A stretch of DNA of 64,000 nt from Phoronis australis (taxonomy: Eukaryota; Animalia; Phoronida). Every line of letters begins with the position of its first letter. The stretch's first letter is position 1. The notes below the pieces were generated by a model that was not told the DNA's origin, ran no database searches, and saw nothing but the letters and a program-made list of their open reading frames with translations. The stretch spans positions 331,827 through 395,826 of the forward strand of contig NMRA01000401.1 of the NCBI GenBank assembly GCA_002633005.1, given 5' to 3'. Position numbers and translations under genes: made by a program. This document shows, in pieces, positions 51,301 to 63,700 of this stretch.

Positions 51301-53873
51301 ATGAAGATACAAGTCAGTTTACATTAATGCATTTCATCTTCATACAAAGTTTTGTGGGCTATTTTGGGTCACTCACCTGTTAGCAAGTGCTTTGTTTATT
51401 AGAGTCTCAGTTTCCCTGATGGCATTGTTAATCTGACACTGAGAATTTTATTCCTTTCTATTTCCAGTACCTTGAGTTACTGCGTGCAATGGCCAGTTGT
51501 GTAGAGATGGAGGAATGTGGTGGTCTGCGATCGCTTGCTCACATACCACCTGATGAGAGACACAGGCTGGTAGATGACAGGCGCCAGGCTTGTGAACTGA
51601 TCTCGACACGAATAAAGGTGTGTTACAATCGTATTTATGCCAACTTGTAAACAGCTGTGAATCTTGGGTAGAATGTCTTCTCACCACAATTTTTACACTG
51701 CCAGAGTTGCAAGCTTATGCCATTTGCTAAGTGACTCAATGTCTAAGGTTTTAAACTAAAGATAACTGTTGGGCATTATTGTAATCAAGCAATACTAAGT
51801 GCTTCCTGTGGTTGGCCACAATCCTGGATTCGTTCGTAAAATGCTTTGCGAGTGCGAGTCATTTTTCAGTGGAATAAATTTAGCTATTGCCCAGAGCGAA
51901 GCTACACCATGGGTGTATTGTTCTGGTTGTCTGGATTTTTGTAGAACTGTCTGTACTGTATTCCTTTGTCTATTGGAAATTTTAAAATGCTTATTTTGTT
52001 TCTCCATGTTCATGTCCTTAGGATAATGCCTAGTACACACTTGTCACCTGTTGACAGGACACAGGTGTGAACCTAATATGAAAGGTTACCTGTGAAGCTG
52101 GAAAAAGCAAAATTCAGTCATTATAAGTTCTTTACAAAACTTGTAATTTCAAGACCAGATTCTTTTCAATTTATAGGTGCTGAAAGAACGAATCAACAGG
52201 AAAGACGAACTACTTCAGAATTACGAGCGAGACTTGGCCAAGATGCGGCAATCCCAGACATTGGCTGATCTGAAGCAAGCTCAACTTGATAGTCTCTCAG
52301 TATGTGTTGTGTGCTCTTGTTAGAAAATATTTGTAAATTATGCGTTACTTTTTGCTATGCACCTGTGGACACTAAAATTCTAGATTCGAGTTTGCACAGC
52401 ATCAATGGTGTCATCTTGAATTCACTTAGACCAAAATAAAACAATGGATCGACTGAAATTTTCAGATATAACCACATCAGTGTCCAGAACTGCACGTTTT
52501 TACAAATTCATGACCTGCACAGTTTAAATAATTAGAAACATTGCTTTGACCTTGTGTTCACAGCATGATGTGAGAAACCAAGCAGATGAGACGATGTACC
52601 TGCGGGAGTCACTTAACAGGACAAGAGATCGTCTGGAGCAGGAGAAACGGTTAAACTCGGCTATAAAACAGAAAAAGGTGAGCAGACGACATAGTGTAGT
52701 GAGCAGACGACATAGTGTAGTCAACAGACGACATAGTGTAGTCAGCAGATGTACTGGTGTTGGTTGTAAGCAATTGTTTCAGAGCAAGCGTATCATTGAC
52801 TGCTTATTTGCCAACATTGTAACCATACTTTGTTATCAACCCAAGTTTTGACGTAAAAATGATAATTTTAATAATATTGATGACTAAATATTTTGCAACA
52901 ACTACGCTTTCTTTTAAAATAAGATAACTAATTGACACATTAGCGACTTACATCTGTTGTACAATTATTGTTAATGATAAACCTGCAATGGTGCAAGAAT
53001 CCAAATTAAAACTAAACAGTGTTTATTTTAAGCATTATAATCTACCATCGCTACCAAACTTTCACCTCTCTTGTGTTGAACTGGCGTTGTGATCTGTAAC
53101 CCCAACCGAAATTGTTCTGCTCGCAGTAAAAGTTACCCGCTGTAAACTTTATTTTTAGACATTCCATCTTGAAAATGAGAAGGGACCATTCACCAGTAAC
53201 GCGAAGCACCAGTGCCCTAGACCAGATTATACAGGACAGGTAAGAAACACTAAAAGTGTGGAATGCACATTTTGTGAACATGAAAATTAGCATTTCCAGT
53301 ACTAACTTTAGAAAAATTATGAATATAGGAGACCCAGGAATCCACCTAAGTTTTGAAATGTTTCACCGAAAATTAGGACCAATTTTGAAAATAAATTAAT
53401 ATTTAGTGATGCAGGCAAATATATTCAAATCTTGTTTGTGTCGTGTTTTTATCATTTAAAAACTTTAGGCCCAGTCCGGTTTTGCGTGATGCATTTATCC
53501 CAAAATAGTTTCGAGACAACCAGGTTGTCATTAGGGTTAACGTGGGGGTATCAATCACTTAAAATCCTGAAATCAGAGACAGCTGCAGCAAAGCACTGTT
53601 TGCACCTAATAGAACAAGATATGCTGTACATGGTTGAAAAATGCAGTAATTGCGACCATATTTGCATAAACATAACTTTTAATTGTTTGTGATTTCCAGG
53701 CATCAGCCCGAAGACGAGTTATGTCTGAGAACAAGAAAAGGCGGTCATACGAAGTTACAGCCTTGAAGACTGAGCTGGCACAGAAGGAACAAGAGTTGTG
53801 CGAGACGACAACGAGGCTGGTCAACTTGGAAACCAGCTTTGGTTTAAACAGTGACTCGGCTATGTTGGAGTAA
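33322..53873 (+). CDS. FHAD1: Forkhead-associated domain-containing protein 1 (FHA plus long coiled coil), ~1369 aa
   Basis: 24 phase-consistent GT-AG exons totalling 4110 nt: 33322-33417, 34100-34306, 38916-39210, 39565-39668, 40206-40442, 40898-41077, 41532-41702, 42259-42471, 43088-43327, 44425-44623, 45177-45365, 46206-46333, 46841-46930, 48255-48492, 48989-49207, 49659-49818, 49971-50103, 50363-50501, 50762-50991, 51468-51617, 52177-52299, 52564-52677, 53159-53239, 53700-53873. The N-terminus [11 protein letters not shown]...TTVGR...HAVIEY...[35 protein letters not shown] and the later motifs [24 protein letters not shown] and [12 protein letters not shown] are FHAD1-like. Confidence 0.93.
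38437..38566. repeat. Degenerate fold-back inverted repeat in FHAD1 intron
   Basis: GTCCT...CATTTATC..TATCAGCCG..TTAATTAA versus TTAATTAACGGCTGATAAATG...AGGAC. Confidence 0.6.
39905..40150. repeat. Two-copy ~120-bp intronic tandem duplication
   Basis: TTTTTATTTTTGAAC.GAAAATTTTTGATTTAGAATTATG...GTGATCCTGAATCTACAATTCACTTGGTATTATGTTTT occurs twice. Confidence 0.9.
41308..41505. repeat. Two-copy ~95-bp intronic tandem duplication
   Basis: CATGAATGAA.TATTGTTGAATGCATA...TAATCTTGATGTGTTCATAGACATTCTCATCAA...AATGCTTTCAA occurs twice. Confidence 0.9.
44111..44178 (+). mobile_element. hAT-like mini-MITE, monomer form
   Basis: CATTGGTGGCGTACCATAGGGGGCTGGGGG...AGCCCC...TTTCAGTACTGGGCCACCCATG; a single unit of the 18538/23604 family. 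Confidence 0.7.
46133..46199. repeat. 33-bp x2 tandem repeat abutting FHAD1 acceptor at 46206
   Basis: CATGGTGACCATTTATATGGAGGTACTTTGATG occurs twice, identical. Confidence 0.92.
52678..52750. repeat. 21-bp x3.5 minisatellite starting at FHAD1 donor
   Basis: GTGAGCAGACGACATAGTGTA, then GTGAGC..., GTCAAC..., GTCAGC... Confidence 0.92.
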
Positions 53874-54179
53874 AGACACAGTCATTATTTTGTTAAACTT
53901 TTTGAAATTATGTTTTACTAGAATTTTATTTATTCATTTTTAATTGATAAGTCTTGGGATTCAATTTTATATGGGATTCATTTTTGTATATTTTGCTTCA
54001 GTAGCGATGAGGGTGCCGCTCATAAATAATCTCAGTAATTCATAAAATGTACAGTCCTGTGACAAGTACATTACGTTAATTAGACAGCTGATTTTTCAAT
54101 CCAGTGAGTCCAAAATACCTGTACTGCATTTAAGAGCACACTATATGCAAACAAGTAATGGCTTGCTGTGATTTGTACA

Positions 54180-54217
54180 AATAAATATTGAATACCGGTT
54201 CTCACTTTTATTTTATT
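54180..54217. terminator. Facing polyadenylation signals of convergent FHAD1 (+) and SLC25A11 (-)
   Basis: AATAAA on + at 54180-54185; TTTATT (AATAAA on -) at 54207-54212 and 54212-54217. Confidence 0.5.
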
Positions 54218-54416
54218 TTTGATCACACTAGACATATCTGTAACATTAAAAGCTGCTAGTCTTCAGATTTAAAAAGAATACTTAAACTCTCATATCAAAA
54301 TAATTATGACTCGCAACTGTTCCTTAATGCTACCATTATCATAATTATTTTTCAATGTATCCGAGGAAGCCCACCACAGTATCATTGCTGTATGCAGAAT
54401 AATGTAATAAACCTAG

Positions 54417-54526
54417 GGCAATAGTCTGGTATAACGTGCCTGTATTTTGAGAACCAGTTTGATGCCCGTTATTCGGTGGAGAAAACTGGTTCTCAAAAAT
54501 CGGGCACGTTATATCAGACCATTACC
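54417..54526. repeat. Long hairpin (~44-bp arms, 22-nt loop) in the probable SLC25A11 3'UTR
   Basis: GGCAATAGTCTGGTATAACGTGCCTGTATTTTGAGAACCAGTTT versus AAACTGGTTCTCAAAAATCGGGCACGTTATATCAGACCATTACC. Confidence 0.88.
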
Positions 54527-54736
54527 GAGCTTGGTATACAACTCCCTACATAACAGACACAGCAAGCAGTTCAGGTTTAGTAACATGATGAGCTTGTGTT
54601 TTGCAAAGACAGTTCACCAATAGCAACAAATCCCTGTGCGTTCGTTTCCATCTAGGCGTGAGTCTTGAAACAACACATTTCACTGACTGCACAATGCACA
54701 CGAGTCACATTCAAAATCACAACAACCCAGACAGAC

Positions 54737-57700
54737 CTACAGACCGCCCCCTCCAGACATGTCTTTCAGCACGTGTTTCTTGTAAGCAAGATTCAGTTGT
54801 TCTAAGAAGATGAACGTCAACACAGTATGAGGTCCAAGGCGTGCGTAGTAAGGTGTGAAACCTTTCCACAGACTGAAGAACCCTTCATTCCTAGTCACCT
54901 TCATTAGTACATCCTACAAGAAAAAAATAAAACTGCAAAACTCCACCTACAGATTTTTTATAAAATTATTAAATGACTCGGACCACTATCTACACGCCCT
55001 GACTTTTGCTTATGACTGACTGTTATTTTTTAAGCTTCAAAAGTCATAACGAGACACCTGTCACACTCTGATTAGTCATACGAAGCATTAATTGTTTTTG
55101 GCCAAAATATGAGTACGAAGTTTAAAATCAGTGCTTTATGTACACGACGACATACTGATCGACGTTTCGGTTGTTTACATAATGTTCTGATTTTAAAGTT
55201 CGTACTCGCACAAAGCAATCGTAAATTTTACGTAAACTGGCAATGTATTTCCAATTTTTACACAACTCTCTAAATAAAGCAAAGGAGCGGAAATGATGAG
55301 GTCAATCATGTCTAAACACAAATATGCAACAGTGACATAAGATTACATAAACAATTATTATATTTTTGTAAGATTCGCAGCTACAAAGGACTGAAAAGAC
55401 TCGGTGCCACCGCAACAGGGGGCGCAAGGGTTTCATGGTGAACATGAAACTCGCACAACAAAGTAACAGAACATGATGTGCAGTGAACGCGTATCACACT
55501 AATGCTAAAATTGTCGAAAGGGCTACATCAACCATCAGTTAATTGTTGCACAAAAGCACTGTATCAAAGCACTGAATATCCACCAGGGCACCTATGTGCA
55601 CTGAATACTCAACACGGCCCCTATGTGAACTGAATAGTCAACACGGCCCCTATGCACACTGAATACTCAACACGGCCCCTATGCACTCTGAATACTCACC
55701 ATGGCACCTTTGTACTCTGGTACACCATTGACCACCTTCATACTTTGTAACCTGACAACGGGAACAAAACACTTGAAACCCCACAACTTAAAATTAGAGA
55801 CAATCAACTGTCCTACACTTCAATGCATTCTTAAATGAACTGAGTGTAATTCGCTCGCTCCGTAAGTTCCGAAAAAATCGGTATGCAGCTATTGCACAAA
55901 TTATGTCATTCGTTGGTTTTTGGAGTTATTGTAACTTTACTGGCATAACAAAATTGATGCCTAGGCATTACATGCAAGAAAATGATAGGAACTTATTGCT
56001 CTTGGAATCAATGCACATCATGGTCAGACAGAAAGGATTTGTCAATGGCTGCACTTGGCCAAGTTCCGCGAGGTCAACATCTAATCGGTCTGTACATCAG
56101 AAGCTGTCACATGCCTTTAGATGACTCACCTGGTGGAATTGGCAAAGTGAATCAATCAGCGTGATTAGCTACATAGCATAATATGTTTATCTCAGCTTAT
56201 GCATACAAAACTAATTCAGTGGTCCCCTAAACGGGTCAAAAACTGAGGGCACAGCCTACTTCAAATTGTGCTAACCTTTCAAAAGTCGAATCAGAAGCTG
56301 GAGCTCAAACAGTCTCCAACTGAATTGCCTTACCTAGTCTTAGTAATATCCACAGGCATACTGGCGGCAGTAGTGACGAGACCACTGATCATACTGGCGG
56401 CGAAGTGACAGAGTATGTTGTCATTAAAATATTCTGAAAGGTTTTGAACACAAAAGTTATATACAAATAGAAAAAGCTAGCAGGCGTATGTGAAAGTACA
56501 TTTTAGTCATTAAGGAGTTGTTTTTCCAACCAAAGTTGAATGCAGTATAAATTATGAGCAAGGAGAAAAATAATGACATTACAATAAGGTTTCGTAGGAC
56601 CCTAGAAAAATGTCCAAATTTGGTTAACTTCAGAGCATCTCATCTCAGCAATGACCAAAAGGATTCACACAAAATTTTCTGACACTATACTTTATGCACT
56701 GTTCTGAGAAACGCTGTAAAAACAAGAACAAAATGACAACTTTACAGAAACTGTAACAGTACTTTTGAAATATCCTTTTGAGCATTTATATGAGACAAAT
56801 GTTATTGATGTTGGTGTTTTGCTATGAATGAACCTTAAGATTCTTGTTTTGCAAAATTTTACTTATTATAAGTTAAATATGGCTACATGACCCAAATAAA
56901 ATGGCAGAGTCAAAAATCAAATTTTACCGGTTTTCTGGGATCAAAAATGTCAGAGCAAAAATCTATTCGTTTTGAAGATATTTAGTCAATACACAGTCTT
57001 GTGGATGAGACCCTCCATATGGCAGAAGGGGAAAAATACAATGACAGAACATTAAATGTTAAATGATCAATATTTCAGGTCAGTGCTCTTCAAGATGACT
57101 TTCGACACTCCTGATACCGAGATTGAGTTTTGTCATGATGAGTTTGACTCATCTTGAAGAAGTTTGGAAAACATTGCAATAGTCTGTTGACAACATAAAG
57201 GGTAGAAAAAAAAGAAAATTTTTCCTTTTTGCCTTCTGTTTTGCTTTGGAATGTAGATCGTAGCAAAACCCACGTAAAATAGATTCCTACAAAACATTGT
57301 AAGCTTTTCTGCACATGAACAGTCCATGGCCATGTTTAAAACACCCAGGACTCAGGGGCGGATCCAGGATTTTGAGATGGGGGGCCAGGGCAGAGTATTA
57401 GCCAGGAGTTTGCCCATCAGATATTCGCACCCCCGAACTGCCNNNNNNNNNNNNNNNNNNNNNNNNNNNNNNACTGCCACTGGGACTTACTTGTGGACAG
57501 TAGGAACTGTTTGGCTTGAGAATATGTTGCCAGTTGTGCAGCGTTGACTACCATAGCACGTACCATTGTGGGACCACAGCCCTGACAAAGAGCAAGCAAA
57601 TGTCAATGTCAAGAATCTAACTTAAGCCAAGAGAAGAAGCATTTGGATGAGCAAGCCAGCACAGCAATTTAACCCACAATGAAAACAATTGAGCACACAG

Positions 57701-60700
57701 AGGTCCCTGAAAAACTATTAACTGGCAATACAAAGAATTAAGAATGCGTAAGAATGTTCCATAAATATCACATCACCAATTATATGCCCACATATATAAA
57801 ACATATGCCATATGAAATCACATGACTTAAGACGCATATCGCATACATTCCAAAGGCAGGTCACATGAATATCACAGCGTGATGTCAAATGATATGCATA
57901 CAGAATTACACAAGGGTTACTCTGCCTAGTTGCATGAAACAGTTCTAAATAGGGACTCGATTAAGTTCCCTAAATCTAATGTGTACTTGCGGACTTTTGG
58001 AAACACTGATTGTCCTTTCATATGATGTTTATAAGTACCATTACTATAAAGCCAATTTTGGCTTTGATACAAAATTAACTCTACATTGAATTCTCAATAT
58101 TATGGAAAATAAGTAGGGACCTTTTCATAGAACGTCCCTAATTTAAGGACCAAGAACCTAAATGTTTTAATTGAATTAAGGTCTCAGTTTTTAGTTATAT
58201 TATTAGAAAATGTCATTAGAGGAGCTCTTAATAAAGATGAAACGAAATATTACATCTCAGTGAGTAAAGAACGAACCAAACACGCAAAAGAAATACGAAA
58301 CTTAGTTGAGTGCCTATTTGGGACTGTTTCGCGCAACCGGCCCCAGGACTCTCCGCACTAAGAGTGGACGTCCCTAAGAGCTACACTCAGGGGAGTTTTG
58401 TCCAACTACCTTTGGCGACTGAATTACACCAGCTCTAATTAGATTCTACAATCTCAAAGGTCGAGTCCTTTGATAACACAATCAACCAAATTTAGGAACA
58501 CAAGTGGACGTCTAATAATTTCTGTTCATTCACATACCCTCCATAGCGTTAAAACACCCTCTTCTGATGTGATGCGGTACAAAGCATTGAAAACACTTGT
58601 GTACCCTCGCCGCTGTTCGACTGGAAGCCTAGCAAATAAGACACAGAAACAATTCACAATCATGGCATTTTTGGCAGCCAAAGACAAGAATTTTTGCGAT
58701 TGCAGTTGAATGCGGTAGACTTCTTGATGTTATCAGAGCTATAGAACAACATTATGCTAAATATGGTTTTGAGATTTTATTACAAATCGCCAAATTCTTG
58801 CCATTGGCTGTCGGAAATTCGCTCAAATCAAGACCGGTGACCTTATCATTTGGTTGCTATTTATCAAAAGATTTGGTTAGCAGTAAGAACGTTCAGCTGC
58901 TTAGTGGAATGCGTTCGATTGCGTGCTGATTTCCGTAACATTAATTATCTTGTCGAGAATTTAGCCTTCAAATATTGCTTACAATGTAACATCACCATTC
59001 AAGGGCAAAAAATAATGTAATGTCTGAAAGAAATTTTTGAAGTGGGGCAAGTTTCCCTGAGATCTTTCTACGACTACGAAGAAAATTTGGAATTGTGACT
59101 GCAATTCTGAAAATAGGTCATTATCATATAATATGGGTATAATTGTATGTAAAGTATAACCTACGTGTCAGGATTTTAAATGAATAATAATTACAAAATG
59201 TGTACGTGCAGTTACCTTAAACTACAACTATTACTGTTTGCATTTCTAACTGTGGGCTCAAACAAACCTAGTGGCTTCTTTTTTATTAAACAATGTATCA
59301 ACAATTTGTAATTGCTTCTTGACCACCGGTAATACCAAAAGTGATTGTCCTCAAGACTTTAAAGGACAAAATTACAGTCAAATATATGATTATAGATGAA
59401 ATCGAGTCATTTTCCTCAGCTAATCATTTGCACGTGAATCATAATTTGGCTAGAAATATAAAAAAATGCAATACGGAATTTGCGCATGAACCTAATACCA
59501 CCTGGCACAGTCTAGTGAAGTAAGAATACAAGAAAGACCATCCCATAAAAGATTCCAAAAACCACCTCAAAATGGCAAACATATCAACATTCATAAAGAT
59601 CCTTGACAAAAAGTTTACCTTTTAAACTAATCTGACAAATCTGTTTTGACACCAAGCATTTTAAAGTATATCTGAGCAACAGAGAACAATGAGGTTATCT
59701 ACTATGTTTCGCCAAGTAATTGTTGGCCAGGATGGAAACACCTGACCACCACGTGACAATTTAAGTACCTTCCATCTGATGTCATGCGTATGAGTGAAAT
59801 CTCTGCTGGGGTCCCAACAAATGCACCAATAGCTCCAGCTGTTATACCAATCGCGGCTTTTGTCAGGAACCCTGGTGGTTTGCCATCGGGCCTGCCAAGT
59901 AAGTATCAATGTTGTCAACAAAAAGCAGATAACTCGGGCGGCTGCCTTGTCTAACAGAAATCTAGTAATTAAAACTCTTTCCATTTTAAAAACAATTTCC
60001 ACTGATTCCCTTTTTGTGGCTGAAAAGTTGCGGATTTTTTCTGCTCCTCGATTTCCATAATTTTGGCTTAAAAATCAATACTTTTTAATGCATTTCAGCT
60101 CTGTGTTGTATCATGCACAGAAATTTCTGCCCACAATGCTTCACAAGACTAAATTGCAAAAGGGAAATACTCACTTTCAAGCAAAAATGATGTAAATCTA
60201 GGCGCAGAAAAAAATCTGCAACTTTTCAGGCACAAAAAGGGAATCAGTGGAAATTCCCTTAAGTTTCTAAAATAGAAAGCCTAGTTGTACAATACTCTAG
60301 CAATACATCATAACAACTGTACTGTGTCAAACAAGAATGAAAATGGTGGCAGAAAAACCTGACCGTTAGCTCGAAAGGTGCCAGTAAGCGTTAGCTCGAA
60401 GGCCGACAGTAAGCTTCTTATTCACTGAGAATGAGACATTCATGCAAGAAACTAGAGGGTACTGAGTTATGGTTCTAACAAAAAAGTGCTTTATAACTGG
60501 GGATGTTGATGAAGTTCACATAGAGGCGGATGGGCCTAAATAGGATCATATACTGTATACAGTACGGTACAGCATGTTACATTTAGTAGAGACCCTAGTC
60601 TTCCATGATAACAGAAAACGGAATTTACAGAATTAGAGATTTTAAAGAAAATCTACATAATAATTCAATAGCCGATAACATGATTCTAATAATTTAGGTT

Positions 60701-63700
60701 TGTTAATTTACAAAACATCATTCATTTATTGAACAACTGTGGCCACAAATCACTTGATGGTCATTTTGCAGCTTACATGATCAAGTAGTTGTTCTTTCTT
60801 ACTGATTAAGGGGACGCTGTTCTTTTTCCAGACTTGAGAACTTAACATGTCATACAGCAAGTTATTGGTAACATATAGTAACGTCGTAATTAAGCAGAAA
60901 AAGTATCAGTGGTAATTCCCAAGTTACTTTCATGCTATTCATCACTTTAAAATAGCAAAACAAATTTTGCTTAATATTTACAAAATGGAAAAATCAGAAT
61001 TTTATGCTGGCGAATATGGAATTCTGTTTTCGAAAATGGAAAACCAGCAAGAGTCTCTACAAATAATGGATTCCTTAACTTCTGACAAAAACCGTTGCAT
61101 TTCAGCAGTCACATCTGGCGACATCTCTTACCCAGAAAACTTTTCAAACAGCATGGTGTATATTCCCAGTCTTGTAGTTGTGTATGTCGCCTGTCTCAGT
61201 AACCCTGCCGACAGTCCATTGTACATGGCCAGGAGACCTTCGTTCCTCATGATGGAAGAGATCGCATGGAAACTGGTCTTGTACTGTTTTTGGCCACTTC
61301 CAACACCTATAATTAACATGAGTAATGTAATGGGGGGGGGGGAGGGGAGGGGAGGGGGAGCTGTAACGATTTGTCATCGGATAAGCTGATTTTTAGCACC
61401 ATGTATCTGATATCTAGACAATTTCATACTTTGAGTAGTATGCCTCTGCTACAGTTAAAATATAACTTATGCATCATAAAGAGATCTTTCATAAGGACAA
61501 ATGGTCCTTTAAGCCACCCACTGTGAAGTGTGCCTCCCTTAGCAACCAGGTGGCACTGTGGGTCATGGGTCTTATATTACCAGCCACATTGCATTGAGGA
61601 ACTCTCTCATTCACATTCAGTCGCATTTGGTGTGATCTCATAGAAAAGTTTCTGAATACTGCACGTAACAAAATTCACTTGCTCTCATTCTTAATTATTC
61701 TTACTCACAAAATAGAGTAGTGCATCAAGAACAAACTACCAAGACATCACCCTTAAAAGAACAAAAAACGAGAGGATTTCTTCGCAATTTGTCAATACGA
61801 GTTCCCACGTGATGTTTTGATATTTTCAATGCCGCACTTACCGCTGAGCTGCATGCGATTCTTGACGAGATCTAACGGTTGTACAAATACTGTGGCGGCC
61901 ATACTGAAAGAAAATAACAAACGCATGGAAATCAAATTCAAGATGATGAAAACTGGAGAGTGCGTACGCGTTTCTCGTTTTCATCCAATGTCCTACTAGC
62001 AGGAGACAAACGACACTGGTCATAGTATAGGCACTGGGCACAATAATTTCTCAAGGATATACAAACAATCCAACTGCTAAAGAAAACAACATTCTGGCTT
62101 CTGCCAGTTCCAGCTTCCTCAGACTCCTCTCATAAGTTCAGAATGGCACACTTTCTTGGATAGGTACCCAATTGAAAAGTTTACTAGACAGGATAATACA
62201 CATTTTTGGTGTTTCTTCGCCTTTACCTTGGCCACTTTAACTGAGACCAAAAGTTTGAAATCGAGGCTGTCAACACATTGTGATTGGTACAGCCCATGTA
62301 AGACCCTTCATGTTAGCCAGGATAGGTGTTCAGGAGATGGAGTCAGTGTACATGACTGAGCAGTGAGTTGATTTGTCTTCAGGTGGCAGCATACAGACTG
62401 GAATGGATAGCGTCATATATCTGCTTTTAATACATAAGGTCTCCGAATGTTATACAGATTTCAGTAGTGAATTAAACTAGTTTTAAGACCGCACACCCCT
62501 CCCATTCTGGCTTCAAGAACCCAATCTGTGCAAGTCTGCATCTATGAAAGGATTTGTACCAGTTCAGCCAAATGTAGTATTGCAAATAAATAACTGTTTT
62601 TGCAGCTTTACAGAGCATTTTTTTCAGTTTTCTTTCCATGCCCAGGGTACCAAGGTAGTGGTATATAGAGCAGTTATGGAAGCACCTAGTGCCAAAAAGA
62701 TATCCGGTAATTTGACTGACCATGTCTCCAATGTCATTAGGTGACAGCACATCTTAATTCAGCCTGTCCGTTAAAAGATTTTCTCAGGCTAAACTCAGGC
62801 TAATTAAAATATCAAAGTCATGTTTCTACCAGTCGCGTGGATGGACACCTTTTGGAAGCAGTGAGAAGTATCTAAAAATTCTTCTAACTTAAACAATTAC
62901 TCATGCAATCAACAAAATTTCTGAGCAGTCCTTTCATCCATCAACAAAATCAAGAACTGGGCCATTTCTGTTTTGATTGCATCACTGTTCATGTCTATAA
63001 CATGTAAATTTCTTAATCACATTGAGGATGACCTCCATGACCTTGGGAGTGAGCCAGTCACTTTGCAATAGTACACTCATCACTGACCATCAGAGTTCAC
63101 TAACAGTAGCTTCTCCACTAGGGTCATAGCTTTGGTTCCTGATCAATGGCATAATTGACCAGTGGCGAAAAAATAATCGCAATTGAAAAGAAAACATAAT
63201 AACCGAAGTATTTTTCGAGTTGGAAGGACTTAGCAACATGCAGCCAGTGTGAGGCATGATTTGACGAAAAGCTTCAGGCGCATGACAGACTTATGCCAAT
63301 GGCAACAGTCTTGTCCCGAGCAATTTAGACAGATGGTGCTTACTGCTTACCAGAATGTAAGTTAAATCGGTGTCCGTAGATACAACAAAAGAAAACATAA
63401 GCACAGGTGTTGACAAATAGGTATTGAGAGGCGGAGCTCATTTCTTGGATTACCAACCCATCTACCATATTCTAGGTTGGTGGAGCTTTCAAGGGATTGG
63501 TAAAATGCTGATTTAAGCGGGTAACCAGGTGGCGGTGATAGACTACAAATTTGTTATGCAAACCGGCTGGTCGATTCCCGACCCAAGTCCAGGTTACCCG
63601 CCCCCGATGGTGGAATTGCTTTGACTCTACAAACACACTACAGTACCAATTGCAACGAGTTAAACAAAATTTACTACAAAACAAATATCAGCCTGTTCAC

